DNA of 64,000 nucleotides. It comes from Octopus vulgaris. Lineage: Eukaryota. The stretch is taken from the NCBI GenBank assembly GCA_951406725.2, contig OX597815.1:198276001-198340000 (forward strand), in the 5' to 3' direction. Under the pieces are notes generated by a model. That model searched no databases. It was not told the DNA's origin and saw nothing but the letters and a program-made list of their open reading frames with translations. Both the position numbers and the translations under genes were made by a program. The stretch's first letter is position 1; each line of letters starts with the position of its first letter. Of the stretch, positions 28,690 through 43,323 are shown piece by piece.

Positions 28690-30540
28690 TTATATTTTTT
28701 AAAGTTAACATTTCTGGCACATCTGTTGATGCATGTAAGTAAACAGGAAGTATTTAATTGTTACCGTAATGGTAAGGTTTTCTAGCCGAATCTACGAGAA
28801 TATCATGACCAATTAAAACAACTTTTAGAGAATACCGACATTGAAGGAATGAACTTTTGACAGAACATCACAAGCTATAATTCAATGTATTCCTTAGCCT
28901 CATTTGGAGCCAATGTTACATCACCCCCTGGTCGTGGCTCATACTATTTCCGCTTACAAGTCTATCATCACGCAAGCAACTTACATCCTGAAAACAATGA
29001 ACCTAGAAGATTTACTCAACTCTATATTGTTGATTCTTAAAAAGCCTTACAAAGAAGAGCTGAAGTGCTTGAAAATATTAATTGCAGGCATTCAGTAACG
29101 GAAAATATTTCTTCAGTCATGCAGAATAATCCATATACTGCTGCATATTTAAATATGCGCACTGTTGAATGAGATGAAGGAAAAAGAGCAACCAGAGAAA
29201 ATGTTAATCCGAGGAAAGTAACTATACGTTTCATATGAGGCTCAGATACCAGGATACACAACAAACCTGTTAATAATGAAATTGAAGATGGTACACCTCC
29301 CGTACATCGTGATATAGTTATATATCCACGAGGTGAACAAAGACAACAAATATCGTATATCTTGCAGCATTTAGATCCTATGATGTATCCAATACTATTT
29401 CCCAATGGAGAACGTGGTTGGCACATAAGTATGGAACATGTGCAACAGAGGCAAACAAGAGTTTGCAATAAAGTCACAATGCAACAATACTATTGCTATC
29501 GTTTAGCAATAAGTACCATTCACAAATCAGGCAAAGCTATTGAAGCGGTATATTGTTGATGCTTATATTAAAGTAGAAGGTTGTCGTCTGTATTATATCA
29601 GAGAGCATCAAAATGAATTAAGAGTTGCCTTATATTCAGGGCTCATGGACCACTTGGGCTGAAATAATTATGATAGAGATCCTGGTGACCCTGTTATTCT
29701 TCCATCTTCATTTACAGGTAGTGCAATAAATATTCATAACAGGATGCCATGTCCATTGATTGTATATATGGGAAACCTGATTTATTTTAAACTTTTACTT
29801 GCAAGCCAAGATGGCCTGATATTACAAACAACTTGGGACCCACCGAAATAGCTAAAAAATGTCACGTGTGTATAAAGCCCATCTTAATGAATTGATAACT
29901 GATATTAAAGACAGATAGGTTCTGGGGTTTCCTGTTACTCACATTCACCTTATTGAATTCCCAAAACGAGGTTTGCCACATCGTCAGGTGCTAATTATGT
30001 TACGGGAACAAGATAAACCAAGGACACGGGAACAAATTGATTCTCTTGTAACTGCTGAAATCCCTGACAGAAACGAAGCCCTTCTTCGTGAATTAGTCAC
30101 GTTTCTTATGAATCACATAATCCAGGTTTTGTTTGTATGGTAAACGGAAAATGTCAAAAGAATTTTCCCAAAGAATTTCGGGAAGAAACTATAGCAAACG
30201 TAAATGGATATCCAGCGTAGAAACGAAGAAATAATGAGGATTCAGTTTGTGGTGGAAATAACATTGCCGACAATAGATTCACACTAAACAGACTTCAGCT
30301 TCACTTCGACTTGCATATTAAATGACAATTAATAAAGCTCAAGGGAAAACATTTGAAAAAGTTGGAATATATTTGCCTCAGCCGGTATTTTCTCATGGTC
30401 AATTATATTTCGAATTTTGAAGAGCACAAGCTATGAACAATCTCAAAGTAAGAGTTGTGACACTCAGTCAGGAAAACAGACAAGGCCAAAAACGTTCTGT
30501 GACATACACACAAAACATTGTCTACCATGAAGCATTGTGC
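28690..30540 (+). mobile_element. Decayed Helitron Rep/Helicase, internally deleted
   Basis: DPMMYPILFPNGERGW, VILPSSFTGS, YGKPDLF and EFPKRGLPH (HUH region, about 29955); after about 30280, PIF1-like C-terminal motifs MTINKAQGKTFEKVGIYLPQPVFSHGQLY. Confidence 0.88.
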
Positions 30541-30722
30541 GGAAGACCACCGAACCAGCTAGCATCACCAGCACACCAGCCGCTCCATCACTACATATCC
30601 GCATTACACCTTTAAGATCGGGGAACCAGGAAGGAGCCAGCAGGAACTCTCTCGGCATACAAACAAACCACAAACTCGCACCTGCCAGCGTCACCACTAT
30701 ATCTAAGCCCGTCATATATATG

Positions 30723-30779
<57 letters not shown>

Positions 30780-31579
30780 ACATGTATATGTGTATGTATG
30801 TATGTGCGTATGTGTGTATGTGTTTGTCCCACCAGAAACCATTGCTTTACAACCGATGTTGGTGTGTTTGCGTCCCTGTAATTTAGCTGTTCAGCTGAAG
30901 AGCCTGAGAGAATAAGTTTACAGGGAAAAGTCCACGGTTCAATTTCTCCGATTAACGAGTGGTGCTCTAGCATGGCCACCGTCAAATGATTGAAACAAGT
31001 AAAATAATTTTTATATACCAGGAAAACGTTCTGTAACACTGATCCATGAAGGTTCTTTGAACATGAAGGATGTATTTTAAGGTTAAATAGTTATTTTGGT
31101 TGGGTTATATAGTCATTGATGTTACGTTAATTTCTATATTCTGTAACTGCCACAATATACTTTTCTAGGCCTGAGATTTTTATAGGGAGGTGGCCAGTGG
31201 ATTAGATCGACTGCAGTACACAACTGGTACTTAATCTATCGTTCCCGAAAGGACGGAAGGCAAAGTCGAACTCGGCAGAATTTTAACTCAGTACATGAAG
31301 ACAGTCGTGCATAATATACAAACATTTTTCATGGCACAAGTAGATTTTTTACAGATGCTTACATTTTTCATGGGCCCAGCTAGTTATTATTATATTTAGA
31401 GCTTTCTTGGAACTAGACTTTTGGTCTCTCGCAATAGTAGGGCCTCCATCTGCATCCTACGGACCGTGCTTTGTGTTGCTATCGACTATCTTTTGGTTTC
31501 CTAATGTTCCTAATCTCACTCTGTCTCTCTGTCTCTCTGTTTCTGTCTGTCTCTCTATCTCTATCTGTCTGTCTGTTTG

Positions 31580-31639
<60 letters not shown>

Positions 31640-31670
31640 CATACACACTCATCTGTCTGTCTATCTCTAG

Positions 31671-31830
<160 letters not shown>

Positions 31831-32994
31831 TAGATTCGCTCTCTATCATAATATCTTGCCAAACAAATGATAAATTGATAAATTAGAAGATACCGAAGAA
31901 AATGCAGTCTTGGAAAATGTATTTACGGAACATTTGCAGTCGAGAAAGAGAAAAAGAATGAACGTTTTAATTCGTAATTAGGTAGACTTTCCCGCCGGCT
32001 GCTTTGAATTGGCAACAAGTTTTATTTAAAGATAGATAAGACGAATATAGTATATGGTGCCATAATATATCATACGTTAGAAAGAAATAAAAAAAATCAA
32101 CAAGGAAGTAGTTGTAAACAGCAGCAATTACCAATGAGTGAAGAAATAAACAGGAGCAAAATGTCTGAGAAAACGAATATTATTTGAAGTTGTTCAGCCT
32201 AAGATATATACCACAAATTACGAAACGGAATTTAAAGTCAAACATAGCATGTTTTGAAATTAACTAATTTACTAGCTGAGAAAATATCATTAACATTTAT
32301 AAGTTTAATTACAGAAGAAATGTTCAGACACCGACAGAAATGAGACAAATTTTAGGTAAAATTTGCAGTGTCTCAGATATTTGTGATGACAAATTAGAAG
32401 CAGGATACAAGGCATACAGGGAAAAAGTCCAGTGTTCAACTTCTTCGACTAACGAGTGGTGCTCAAGCATGGCCACCGTCAAATAATGATTGAAAGAAGT
32501 AAAAGAATTTTAAAGAAATACCAGAAAAACGTTATGTACCACTGACCCAAGAAGGTTCTCTGAATATGTACGATGTATTTTAAGGTTAAATAGTTATTTT
32601 GTTTGTGTTATTGAGATATTTTGGTTGGATTATATAGTCATTGGTGTTACGTTAATTTCTACATTCTGTAACTGTTACAATATGCTTTTACAGGCCTGAA
32701 CGTTTTGTAGGAAGGGGGCCAGTTGATTAGATCGACCCCAGTACGCAACTGGTACTTAATTTATCGTTCCCGAAAGGACGAAAGGCAAAGTCGAACTCGG
32801 CACAATTTTAACTCAGAACGTGAAGACAGGCGTGCATAATAAAATTTGCAATGTCTTAGATATTCATGATGACAAATTAGAAGCATAAAATTCAAGGCAT
32901 AAAATTGGAGTAAGAAGATGTCATTATTTACTATGCACGCAGATTTTAGTCGATAATATCAATTTGAGTTTGAATTTGGAAACAAAGCTAGCAA

Positions 32995-35240
32995 ATAGGG
33001 TGCCGAAAGAGATCAAAGAGGGTGCCAACATTCCAGACATTCCTACATCTCAGACATTCCTGACATTCCAGACATTCCTACATCTCAGACATTCCTGACA
33101 TTCCAGACATTCCTGACATTCCAGACATTCCAGACATTCCTGACATTCCAGACATTCCTGACATTCCAGACATTCCAGACATTCCAAGGAGGGTGCCGAC
33201 AGAGATCAAAGAGGTTGCCGACAGAGATCAAAGAGGGTGCCGAAAGAGATCAAAGAGGGTGTCGAAAGAGATTAAAGAGGGTGTCGAAAGAGATCAAAGA
33301 GGGTGTCGACAGAGATCAAAGAGGGTGTCGACAGAGATCAAAGAGGTGTCGACAGAGATCAAGGAGGGTGCCGACAAAGCACAAAGAGGGTGCCGACATA
33401 GATCGAAGAGGGTGCCGATATAGATCAAAGAGGGTGCCGACAGAGATAAAGGAGGGTGCCGACAGAGATCAAAGACGGTGCCGACAAAGATCAAAGAGGG
33501 TGCCGACATTCAAGACATTCTAGACATTCCAGACATTCCTACATTCCAGACATTCCTGACATTCCAGACATTCCTGACATTCCAGACATTCCAGACATTC
33601 CTGACATTCCAGACATTCCTGACATTCCAGACATTCCAGACATTCCAAGGAGGGTGCCGACAGAGATCAAAGAGGTTGCCGACAGAGATCAAAGAGGGTG
33701 CCGAAGAGATCAAAGAGGGTGTCGAAAGAGATTAAAGAGGGTGTCGAAAGAGATCAAAGAGGGTGTCGACAGAGATCAAAGAGGGTGTCGACAGAGATCA
33801 AAGAGGTGTCGACAGAGATCAAGGAGGGTGCCGACAAAGCACAAAGAGGGTGCCGACATAGATCGAAGAGGGTGCCGATATAGATCAAAGAGGGTGCCGA
33901 CAGAGATAAAGGAGGGTGCCGACAGAGATCAAAGACGGTGCCGACAAAGATCAAAGAGGGTGCCGACATTCAAGACATTCTAGACATTCCAGACATTCCT
34001 ACATTCCAGACATTCCTGACATTCCAGACATTCCTGACATTCCAGACATTCCAGACATTCCTGACATTCCAGACATTCCTGACATTCCAGACATTCCAGA
34101 CATTCCAGACATTCCAAGGAGGGTGCCGACAGAGATCAAAGAGGTTGCCGACAGAGATCAAAGAGGGTGCCGACAGAGATCAAAGAGGGTGCCGACAGAG
34201 ATCAAAGAGGGTGTCGAAAGAGATCAAAGAGGGTGTCGACAGAGATCAAAGAGGGTGTCGACAGAGATCAAAGAGGTGTCGACAGAGATCAAGGAGGGTG
34301 CCGACAAAGCACAAAGAGGGTGCCGACATAGATCGAAGAGGGTGCCGATATAGATCAAAGAGGGTGCCGACAGAGATAAAGGAGGGTGCCGACAGAGATC
34401 AAAGACGGTGCCGACAAAGATCAAAGAGGGTGCCGACATTCAAGACATTCTAGACATTCCAGACATTCCTACATTCCAGACATTCCTGACATTCCAGACA
34501 TTCCTGACATTCCAGACATTCCTGACATTCCAGACATTCCTGACATTCCAGACATTCCTATTTCAGACGTTCCTGACGTTCCTGACATTCCTGACATTCC
34601 TACATTTCAGACATTCCTGACATTCAAGACATTCCTACATTCTAGACATTCCTGACATTCTAGACATTCCTGACATTCCAGACATTCCTACATTTCAGAC
34701 ATTCCTGACATTCTAGACATTCCTGACATTCTAGACATTCCTGACATTCCTGACATTCCTGACATTCTAGACATTCCTGACATTCCAGACATTCCAGATA
34801 TTCCAAGGAGGGTGCCGACAGAGATCAAAGAGGGTGCTGACATAGATCAAAGATGTTGCCGACAGAGATCAAGGAGGGTGCCGAAAGAGATCATAGAGTG
34901 TGTCGACAGAGATCAAAGAGGATGCTGACAGAGATCAAAAAGGGTGTCGACATAGATCAAAGAGGGTGCCGACAGAGATCAAAGAGGATGCCGACATAGA
35001 TCATAGAAGTTGCCGACATAGATAAAAGAGTGTGCCGACAGAGATCAAAGAGGGTGCCAACAAAGATCAAAGAGCGTGCCGACATTCCAGACATTCCTGA
35101 CATTCAAGACATTCCAGACATTCCTGACATTCCAGACATTCCAGACATTCCTGACATTCCAGTCATTCTTGTTCCGACAGTGTTCAAAGACGGTGCCGTA
35201 AGAGATCAAAGAGGGTCCAGAAAGAGATCAAAGATGAGTG
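32995..35240. repeat. Composite satellite of 9-bp (GACATTCC[A/T]) blocks alternating with 22-bp (GAGGGTGCCGACAGAGATCAAA) blocks, with a 460-470-bp higher-order unit
   Basis: The diagnostic variant AGCACAAAGAGGG recurs at 33378, 33838 and 34308. Confidence 0.95.
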
Positions 35241-35549
35241 CCGATTTTATCGACCTCTGTGATTTCGGTTTCAGTCCCAATATGATGCATTTGTGGTAAG
35301 TGTACACTGCTATAGCCGCGGCCCAACTAAAGCCTTATTAGTAAAAATTGTTGACGGAAACTGAAAGACGTCCGTCGTAAATAACTGTGTGGCCACTTAT
35401 GTGTGCGTGTGTATGCCTTTGTCTTTGTATTTGATCCAAAACCACAGCTTGACAACTGGCATTTTTTTTGGTTTACAGCCCTGTAAGCTAGCGGTACCGC
35501 AAAAATATAGTAATGGAATGTGCATCAGACAATAAACAAAATAGATTCA

Positions 35550-35595
<46 letters not shown>

Positions 35596-37129
35596 CTGAA
35601 GCAAGTAAAGAGTTAAAATATATACTTATTTTTATTTCTAAAAATAAATCTAGAAACGATATGTTGCAGTATTTTATATTTGCAAAGTGTAATAATGGAG
35701 TATTTATTACCTGAAAAAATATGAAAATGACGAATACAAATATTAAAATTTGAAGTCTATATTATAAGTGTAGGTTGATGTAAAGAAATGAGGAATAAAA
35801 TGTTATTACTAAATTAAAGTAGAAAATGGATAAATGTGTAAAGGAAATATTGAAACTATTAAAATGTCAGAGAATTTAGTAAGAAATATATTTTAAAAAT
35901 ATGATTATAATTTATCCAGAGACACGAATAGAATAATTTTTCAATACAAGTTGTTTAAAGACATTATCTCTGAGATAATTGATTTGCCGAAAACTGAATC
36001 TTTCTCGCCTAAATTTAATCATTATCACTAATAATACTACATTAACGTTAGTCACGTTCTGCCTTTTGTGTGTTTTACACATATTTGACAAATATATTAA
36101 ATGGAGTTTTAGCCTATTATATATTGCATATATGACAAGCTATGCGAATAATAGTTGAACAGATGAATGCGTGTCGAATTTTCTAACCCTTATTTTTCAA
36201 TTTAAGCATTGATAAAGGCTTAACCAAAATTTTCGAGTTGAGTAATATTTTTACTTACATCTGATTATTACTGTCACATATTACAACTCTGGAATCCTTC
36301 CTTAATCCGTTCTGCAAACAGTTACAGAAAACTAGTTGTAATGATAATATCGAGTTAAAATGTCCCTAGATGTTTTTTTTTTTGTTTTTCCCCGGGGATA
36401 TTCAGATTAGTTTTTTCGCAGCTGGTTCTTTATTTTTTGAATGTTTCAATATACCCTTCATTTTCTCTTCTGGATTGATAAAATATGTTTTGATATACGA
36501 ATGCTTAACATTTCCGAGCTCATTTCAACGGAAATAAGTATCATTTTTATCGTTCAAGAACTTCAATGAAACTTTAAAATAAAATCTGCAAGGAACTATT
36601 GACATGATCTAAAAGAAAATCGAAGAGGCTGATAAGTAGCATATCATCCATGATTTCGTCGGTAGAGAAACGATCAGATCAACGGAAACGTTGCAACACA
36701 TTATCAGAATATATTTTAACATACCAACCTCAAGTGTACATTACTGTCGAAGCATATATGAAATGAGAAATATAAATCCTAAAATCTTAGTATTTCTCAT
36801 CGGCTGATCTCCTAATTCTTATTTTAGTAAAACATAGATTTTGTAACAAATTCGCACCATATTTTGTCTTTGTGAGTATATTCCTATTTTTCCACAGTTT
36901 CTCTTTTCCACACTGTGAGATCAAAAGGTATCAGTGAGACTCCTGAAATTGCGTCGTAGAACTGGGAAATATTGCTGCGTAGGAAGATTCCACGTTTTAC
37001 AATAGTTCTAACTAGCGAATGTCTAAGTACATATAGATATATATATTTTTATCTTCTACCTTTTAATAGTTAAAGACATTAAAATGCGGTCATGCAGAGG
37101 CAGTTCCTTTGATATATATATATAGATAT

Positions 37130-37869
37130 AAAAGATTGCAGACCATTCGTGGTTATTAATAAGTAACTTATTTGCCAAATTTTCAGCATCATCATCTTCG
37201 AAACAGTCACCCTGTGCAGCAAGATACCGGCCCCACCATTTTGGAATCTGGCCTGGAAGTCGTTTTATGTAAACGACTAGAGGACCTTTTGCGACTGGAT
37301 CTGGATCTCGACAATTGCGAATTTTCAGCTCGTAGAAAAGATCGCAGCCGGCTGCTGCTAAATCTATAGATTAGGGTGTATGCGGAAACGATACCATGTT
37401 GTTTTTAGCGAGAAATTCAGGAGTTTGGAGACTCGCTACCAGAATGCATTATCGTCGTGAAGAACCTAGTTCTTGGCGCCCCACAAATCCGGTCAATCCA
37501 GCGGATATCAAAAAATCCATGAGGATGCTCTGCAATGATCTGCGGCTCTGCAGTGTACCCGCGCCAATGTAAATTGCTTGCGACGCATTACCTCGTTGCT
37601 GTAAGCTTGCTGATTCATGCTCGATGAATTTGTAGCAGATTTCCCAAGTTTAACGCAAAATTTCACGTTGGTTCTTTGTTCCAGCTTCCTGCCCATGAAA
37701 AACATCGCAGACTGCAGCAGAGCCATGATCACAAAAACACAATTTTCACAACTTGTGAAGTAAACACAGCAATATTAGCAAAATATCTCATAAAGATCAT
37801 TGCTAGCTCTCACTGTGCTGCCATCTGCTGGCACATAAGAACTAGTCCGAGAAACTCTTGTTACCATTT

Positions 37870-37870
<1 letters not shown>
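37130..37870 (-). mobile_element. Deleted, decayed mariner
   Basis: Minus-strand [18 protein letters not shown] is a mariner transposase N-terminus; boundaries are approximate. Confidence 0.7.
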
Positions 37871-37915
<45 letters not shown>

Positions 37916-37927
37916 TGCGTGTGTATG

Positions 37928-37986
<59 letters not shown>

Positions 37987-37999
37987 GAATATAAATGTG

Positions 38000-38415
38000 C
38001 AGGGTTGGCTGTGTGGTAAGTAGCTTGCTTACCAACCACATAGTTCCCGTTTCAGTCCCACTACGTGGCACCTTGGGAAAATGTCTTCTACTATAGCTTC
38101 GGGCTGCTCAGAGCCTTGAGAGTAATTTGGTACACGGAAACTGAAAGAAGCTCGTCGTATATATATATATATGTATGTTTGTGTGTGTACGTGTGCGTGG
38201 TTGTGTGTTTGTGTTTGTCACATCCAACATCGCTTGACATCCGATGGTGATGGGTTTACGTCCCCGTGACTTAGTGGTTCGGCAAAAAGAGACCAATAAA
38301 ATAAGTACTAGGCTTACAAAGAATAAGTCCTGCGGTCGATTTGCTCGACTAAAAAAGGTGATGCTCCAGCATGGCCGCAGTCGAAATGACTGAAACAAGT
38401 AAAAGAGTAAAAGAA
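38000..38415 (+). mobile_element. SINE family C
   Basis: Colinear with 11784-12190. Confidence 0.85.
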
Positions 38416-38446
38416 TGAAAGAAAATATGTATGTATGTATGTATGT

Positions 38447-38563
<117 letters not shown>

Positions 38564-39389
38564 CAGACGGATAGATAACGCTTTGAATTCAGGCAGTTGT
38601 CTGTCAAGGAGAGAGTAAGAATATCTTTCGAGAATGTCGGTGTCTACACATTTAACATTTATATATCTCTATATATTGAAGCGCAGATTCGCTTCTATAA
38701 ATATATGTTTCTAACTTCAAAAGCACTTAGAAAGTGTGTGTGTAGTTCGATACCTACAGTTACACACACGCATTCACACGCATTCACACTCACATATATA
38801 TGTGATATTCATAGGTGTGTATATGTGTTTCTGTGTATATATATATATAAAAACTTAGACGCATATAAAGTATGTATCAATCTGTCCCATGTGTTCTTGT
38901 GAGAATATGTATATTTGTATAGGAATGATTATTTGTCCATGTGCATGTGTAGTTGCTGAGTATGGTATTTGCTTATCGTAACGTTATTTATAAATACACA
39001 CATTTGGTATTTATAGATATTCATGAGTATCTGATTTTTGTGTGTTTTGAAAAGTTATTACTGTCTATACTCAGTACTTACACTTCATAGTCGTACTTAT
39101 ATAAGTACACACACACACACATGTACACATATACACACATGTACATACGCACTTGCACACGCATACACCCCACGCCCCCACACGCACACCAAACACACAC
39201 ACACACACACATGCTTTTATGTGTGTGCATTTACGATATTCACCCTCTATAAAACATACACTCTGTCCCACTATAAAGAAATACAAATACATATGTGTGT
39301 TTGTGTCTATATATTTACCGTGTATTTCAATTTCATTTCCTGTATTTGTTTTCATATATATATATATATATATATACATACACACACAC

Positions 39390-39421
<32 letters not shown>

Positions 39422-39443
39422 ATGTGTGTGTGTGTAGATATGA

Positions 39444-39547
<104 letters not shown>

Positions 39548-39577
39548 AGAAATACCTGTACATCATCTCCAAAACCT

Positions 39578-39695
<118 letters not shown>

Positions 39696-40118
39696 ATGTA
39701 GAGATGAATATATATATATAAATATATATAAATATATATATATATGAATATACATATATATATATATATATACACATTTAGATATACATACACATATGCA
39801 TGTGTCTGTTGGTATGTTGTGTCTATGAGTGTATTCCACTGATGTTTCTGCACATGTATTTCTGTTATTGTACTTTATATTTAATATTATAACATTTTTT
39901 TTCTTCTGTTTTTAATATCTGCGTTTGGCATATTCAGAAGAAAATGCCTTTCTTTATTAGATAACATCAAAATTCTTTAGATATCTATCGATCTGTTTAT
40001 ATCAGCATACGTAATATTTTCTTCATATCCACATTTTCGTTATGTTCCCATTACCTTATATTTTGTTGTTATTTTTTCTCTTCCTTTTTCAGATAGACAT
40101 CCATTTGTTGTGATATAC

Positions 40119-40176
<58 letters not shown>

Positions 40177-40338
40177 TATTGTGTGTGTGTGTGTAGACAT
40201 ATATTAATGGACATATGTTTTAATATATGTATGCGTATCGAAATATATTCTTTTTATCGATTTCCATCCATACATCCATCCATTTATCCATCCATCCTCC
40301 ATTCACTCTTCTATGTATGTATGCATGTATGTATGTAT

Positions 40339-40414
<76 letters not shown>

Positions 40415-40441
40415 TCCTTTGTATATATATACATATATATG

Positions 40442-40473
<32 letters not shown>

Positions 40474-40673
40474 CATATGTACCTACATATGCATATATAT
40501 GCATATGAATGTGCAATATATACATGTATATATATATATATATATATGCTTGTGTGTGTGTATATATATAATGTGTGTGTGTGTTTGGGTTTTCGTGTGC
40601 ATATATATATATATATATTTATATACATATAAGTACATATGTACCTACATATGCATATATATGCTTGTGTGTG

Positions 40674-40706
<33 letters not shown>

Positions 40707-41225
40707 TGTTTGGGTTTTTGTGTGCATTTATATATATATATATATATATACACGCACATATAGCTTTACATGTATGTATATTTACACATAGATATTAATA
40801 TTTACATGTTTAGGATTAGAAATGCATCCTTATCGATGTGTTTCTGAGTTTTGGGGGCTTTTTTGGTTGCTGTTATCTCTATTTCTTGTCTCTCCGTGTA
40901 TTTAGCTATATAATTTGTATAATATTGTCCTTCACGCTGTAATCGCCTGCATTTATAGCGATGTTCTTTATAAGCCTGACAGACATTGCTTCTCTCTCAA
41001 CAGAATGCTGCACCATAGTAGAATGAAGTATGCATATGTACTGATGTTTATTTTTGTACAGACACATAGAAGCTCATCTTTATATAACTCACAAGTATAC
41101 ATAAGTAAACATATATATACATTTATCTGCGTGTATGTGTGCATACCTGACGGGGTTTTACACACACATAGACACACGCACACTAGCATATATTTATATA
41201 TAAATATATATAGATATAGATATAG

Positions 41226-41280
<55 letters not shown>

Positions 41281-41284
<4 letters not shown>

Positions 41285-41739
41285 TAAGGACTCCTAAATA
41301 AAGATGCCGAGTGCTGGGAACACAAAAAGGGGATGAATTTATCGAGAGTGAAAATCAAAAACGTTTACCGATAACTTTAACAACTCGTACCGCGGTTTCT
41401 GCTTCTTTCTAGCAAAACACAGAATATGTTTGCTAAGGCCAGCTTCATCAGCGAGTCGCCTGAATTTAATCGAGGTCTGCAGCGATGTGGGACTATGTGT
41501 TAAACCCGACTACTAGCAGATCTTAACTTTTCAAATCTCTGCGCAGACGCAAAATTTACACGGGCATGCCGGGAAGAATTTTACGAATAAATTCATCGTG
41601 TAGTATGCGAATATAAACAAGAAGGGTAGTAATATTATTTACTACCAGGTGCCCAGCACAAAAGACGAATTAGTCATAAGACAAAAATATTATTCATATA
41701 GAAAAATATTAATCATGTAGTTATACAATTAAGGGCTCC

Positions 41740-41745
<6 letters not shown>
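41281..41745 (-). mobile_element. About 465-bp non-coding element with 20-bp terminal direct repeats and a hammerhead, next to (TA)n on both sides
   Basis: CAATTAAGG(A/G)CTCCTAAATA at 41281 and 41726; the hammerhead motif lies at 41381-41458 (-). Confidence 0.7.
41381..41458 (-). ncRNA. Type I hammerhead ribozyme with extended stem II
   Basis: CGACUCG / CUGAUGA / A-GCU...UAGCAAA..UUUGCUA...AGC-A / GAAA / CCGCGG-U-A / CGAGUUG. Confidence 0.75.
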
Positions 41746-41783
<38 letters not shown>

Positions 41784-43253
41784 TAGATATAGATATAGAT
41801 ATATATAGATAGATAGATATAGATATATATAAGATGTAAATTCATAATTGTGTCTGCGTGTGTATATTTGCTTGGTAGTGCTTTCGTTTGTTTTACGTTC
41901 TGTATGAATACCTAATTTCATATTATGAACTACAGACAATTTGATCAGAGATAAATTAAATAGGAAGCTGAAAAATTCCTTTATCTTGACCTGCAGGCAA
42001 TATGCCCGTGGTCACTAAGTGATTAATTGCTTTGCTTCTCACTCGTGGCCTTACATTTGTGACACACATACAAAATCCTGTAAAATACCACCTAATGAAA
42101 TATATTTGGTAAGTTTGGCAAAATGTACTCGCTTATATTATTTCTAAAACCTAGAGAGTTTAGATGTGTTGCTATTTCCTAGCTGTATGTTTCTATTAGT
42201 ATTTGTGATTCCTCTTCAGAGTCAAACAACCGTTTAGCCTTGGTCTAAGAAGCTCATTAGAACGACCTCTGCTCCATAAAGCTTCATATTTGTGTATTAT
42301 CTTTTAAGTGCTTATGTGCTCTACTTTGTTTATCTCCTTATAATTCTTAGGCGAAAATTGGTAATAGGAAAATTATGTGTTGCTATGCGGTCGGTAAAGG
42401 GATAGAATAATGATAAAACGAAGGAATTTATGCGAGTGGAAATCAGCTAATAAATGAGCGCTATTCAAATTTCAGTGCAATGGAGTATACTGTACTAGAT
42501 TGTGTATCCTCTTGGAACTAATTTGGAACATTTAAGGAACAGCACCATTTGAAGAGCCTAAAAATATACGTTGTCTGGATGTGATGTTGTATTGCGTGCA
42601 TATAAAGTGGAGCATTTTGGGCTCCATTAAACTCTTGTAATTTTGCAAACTGATGCTGAGGTTTTGTTTCACCCAAAGACAGTATTTATTAAGCATCACA
42701 TTGATGATCAGCTCTCCTGGTGTGGTGATATATATCACCAATTATCTTATCCAATATGCTATTTGCATAAGAAGCAGGGTTTATTTTATGTGAAATATAG
42801 CTAGAATATTAGGTAGACTGTATAAAGACATTCTCAACTACTGATAAGAAATGCATAAATGGAGAGACGGAATGTACATTATCTAAAATAGTGGCTAATG
42901 TTTACTTTCTTCCTAGCATCTTTTTGGCGGAAAAATTATGAACAAAATATATAGGTTTTCGGTAAATATACTTCCTCTTTCATATTACAAAAACACAACA
43001 CATATAAAGTTTTCGTTGTGTATTCAAATGTTTTAAGACGATCCTATATGATAAGCACAGTATTGTCATGGAATTGGATATACCAGCAAGATGTCCATTG
43101 ATATAGTCATCAGTTTTCATCAAAAGGATCCATTGTTTTTATGATGGTATACAACAAAAATGCAATATTGCCTTAAATTATGTACATTCCATTCATCCTA
43201 AGCGCTACTTGCTGAACTGCGGCTAAACAAAAAATGAATATATTTTCCAGGTT

Positions 43254-43323
<70 letters not shown>

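Noticed and set aside
33193-35299. Repeat-protein ORFs (PDIPDI, PTEIKEG) or a CRISPR-like array
   Set aside because: The 22-bp unit shifts frame every copy, there are no unique spacers and no cas genes, and the context is eukaryotic; it is a satellite.
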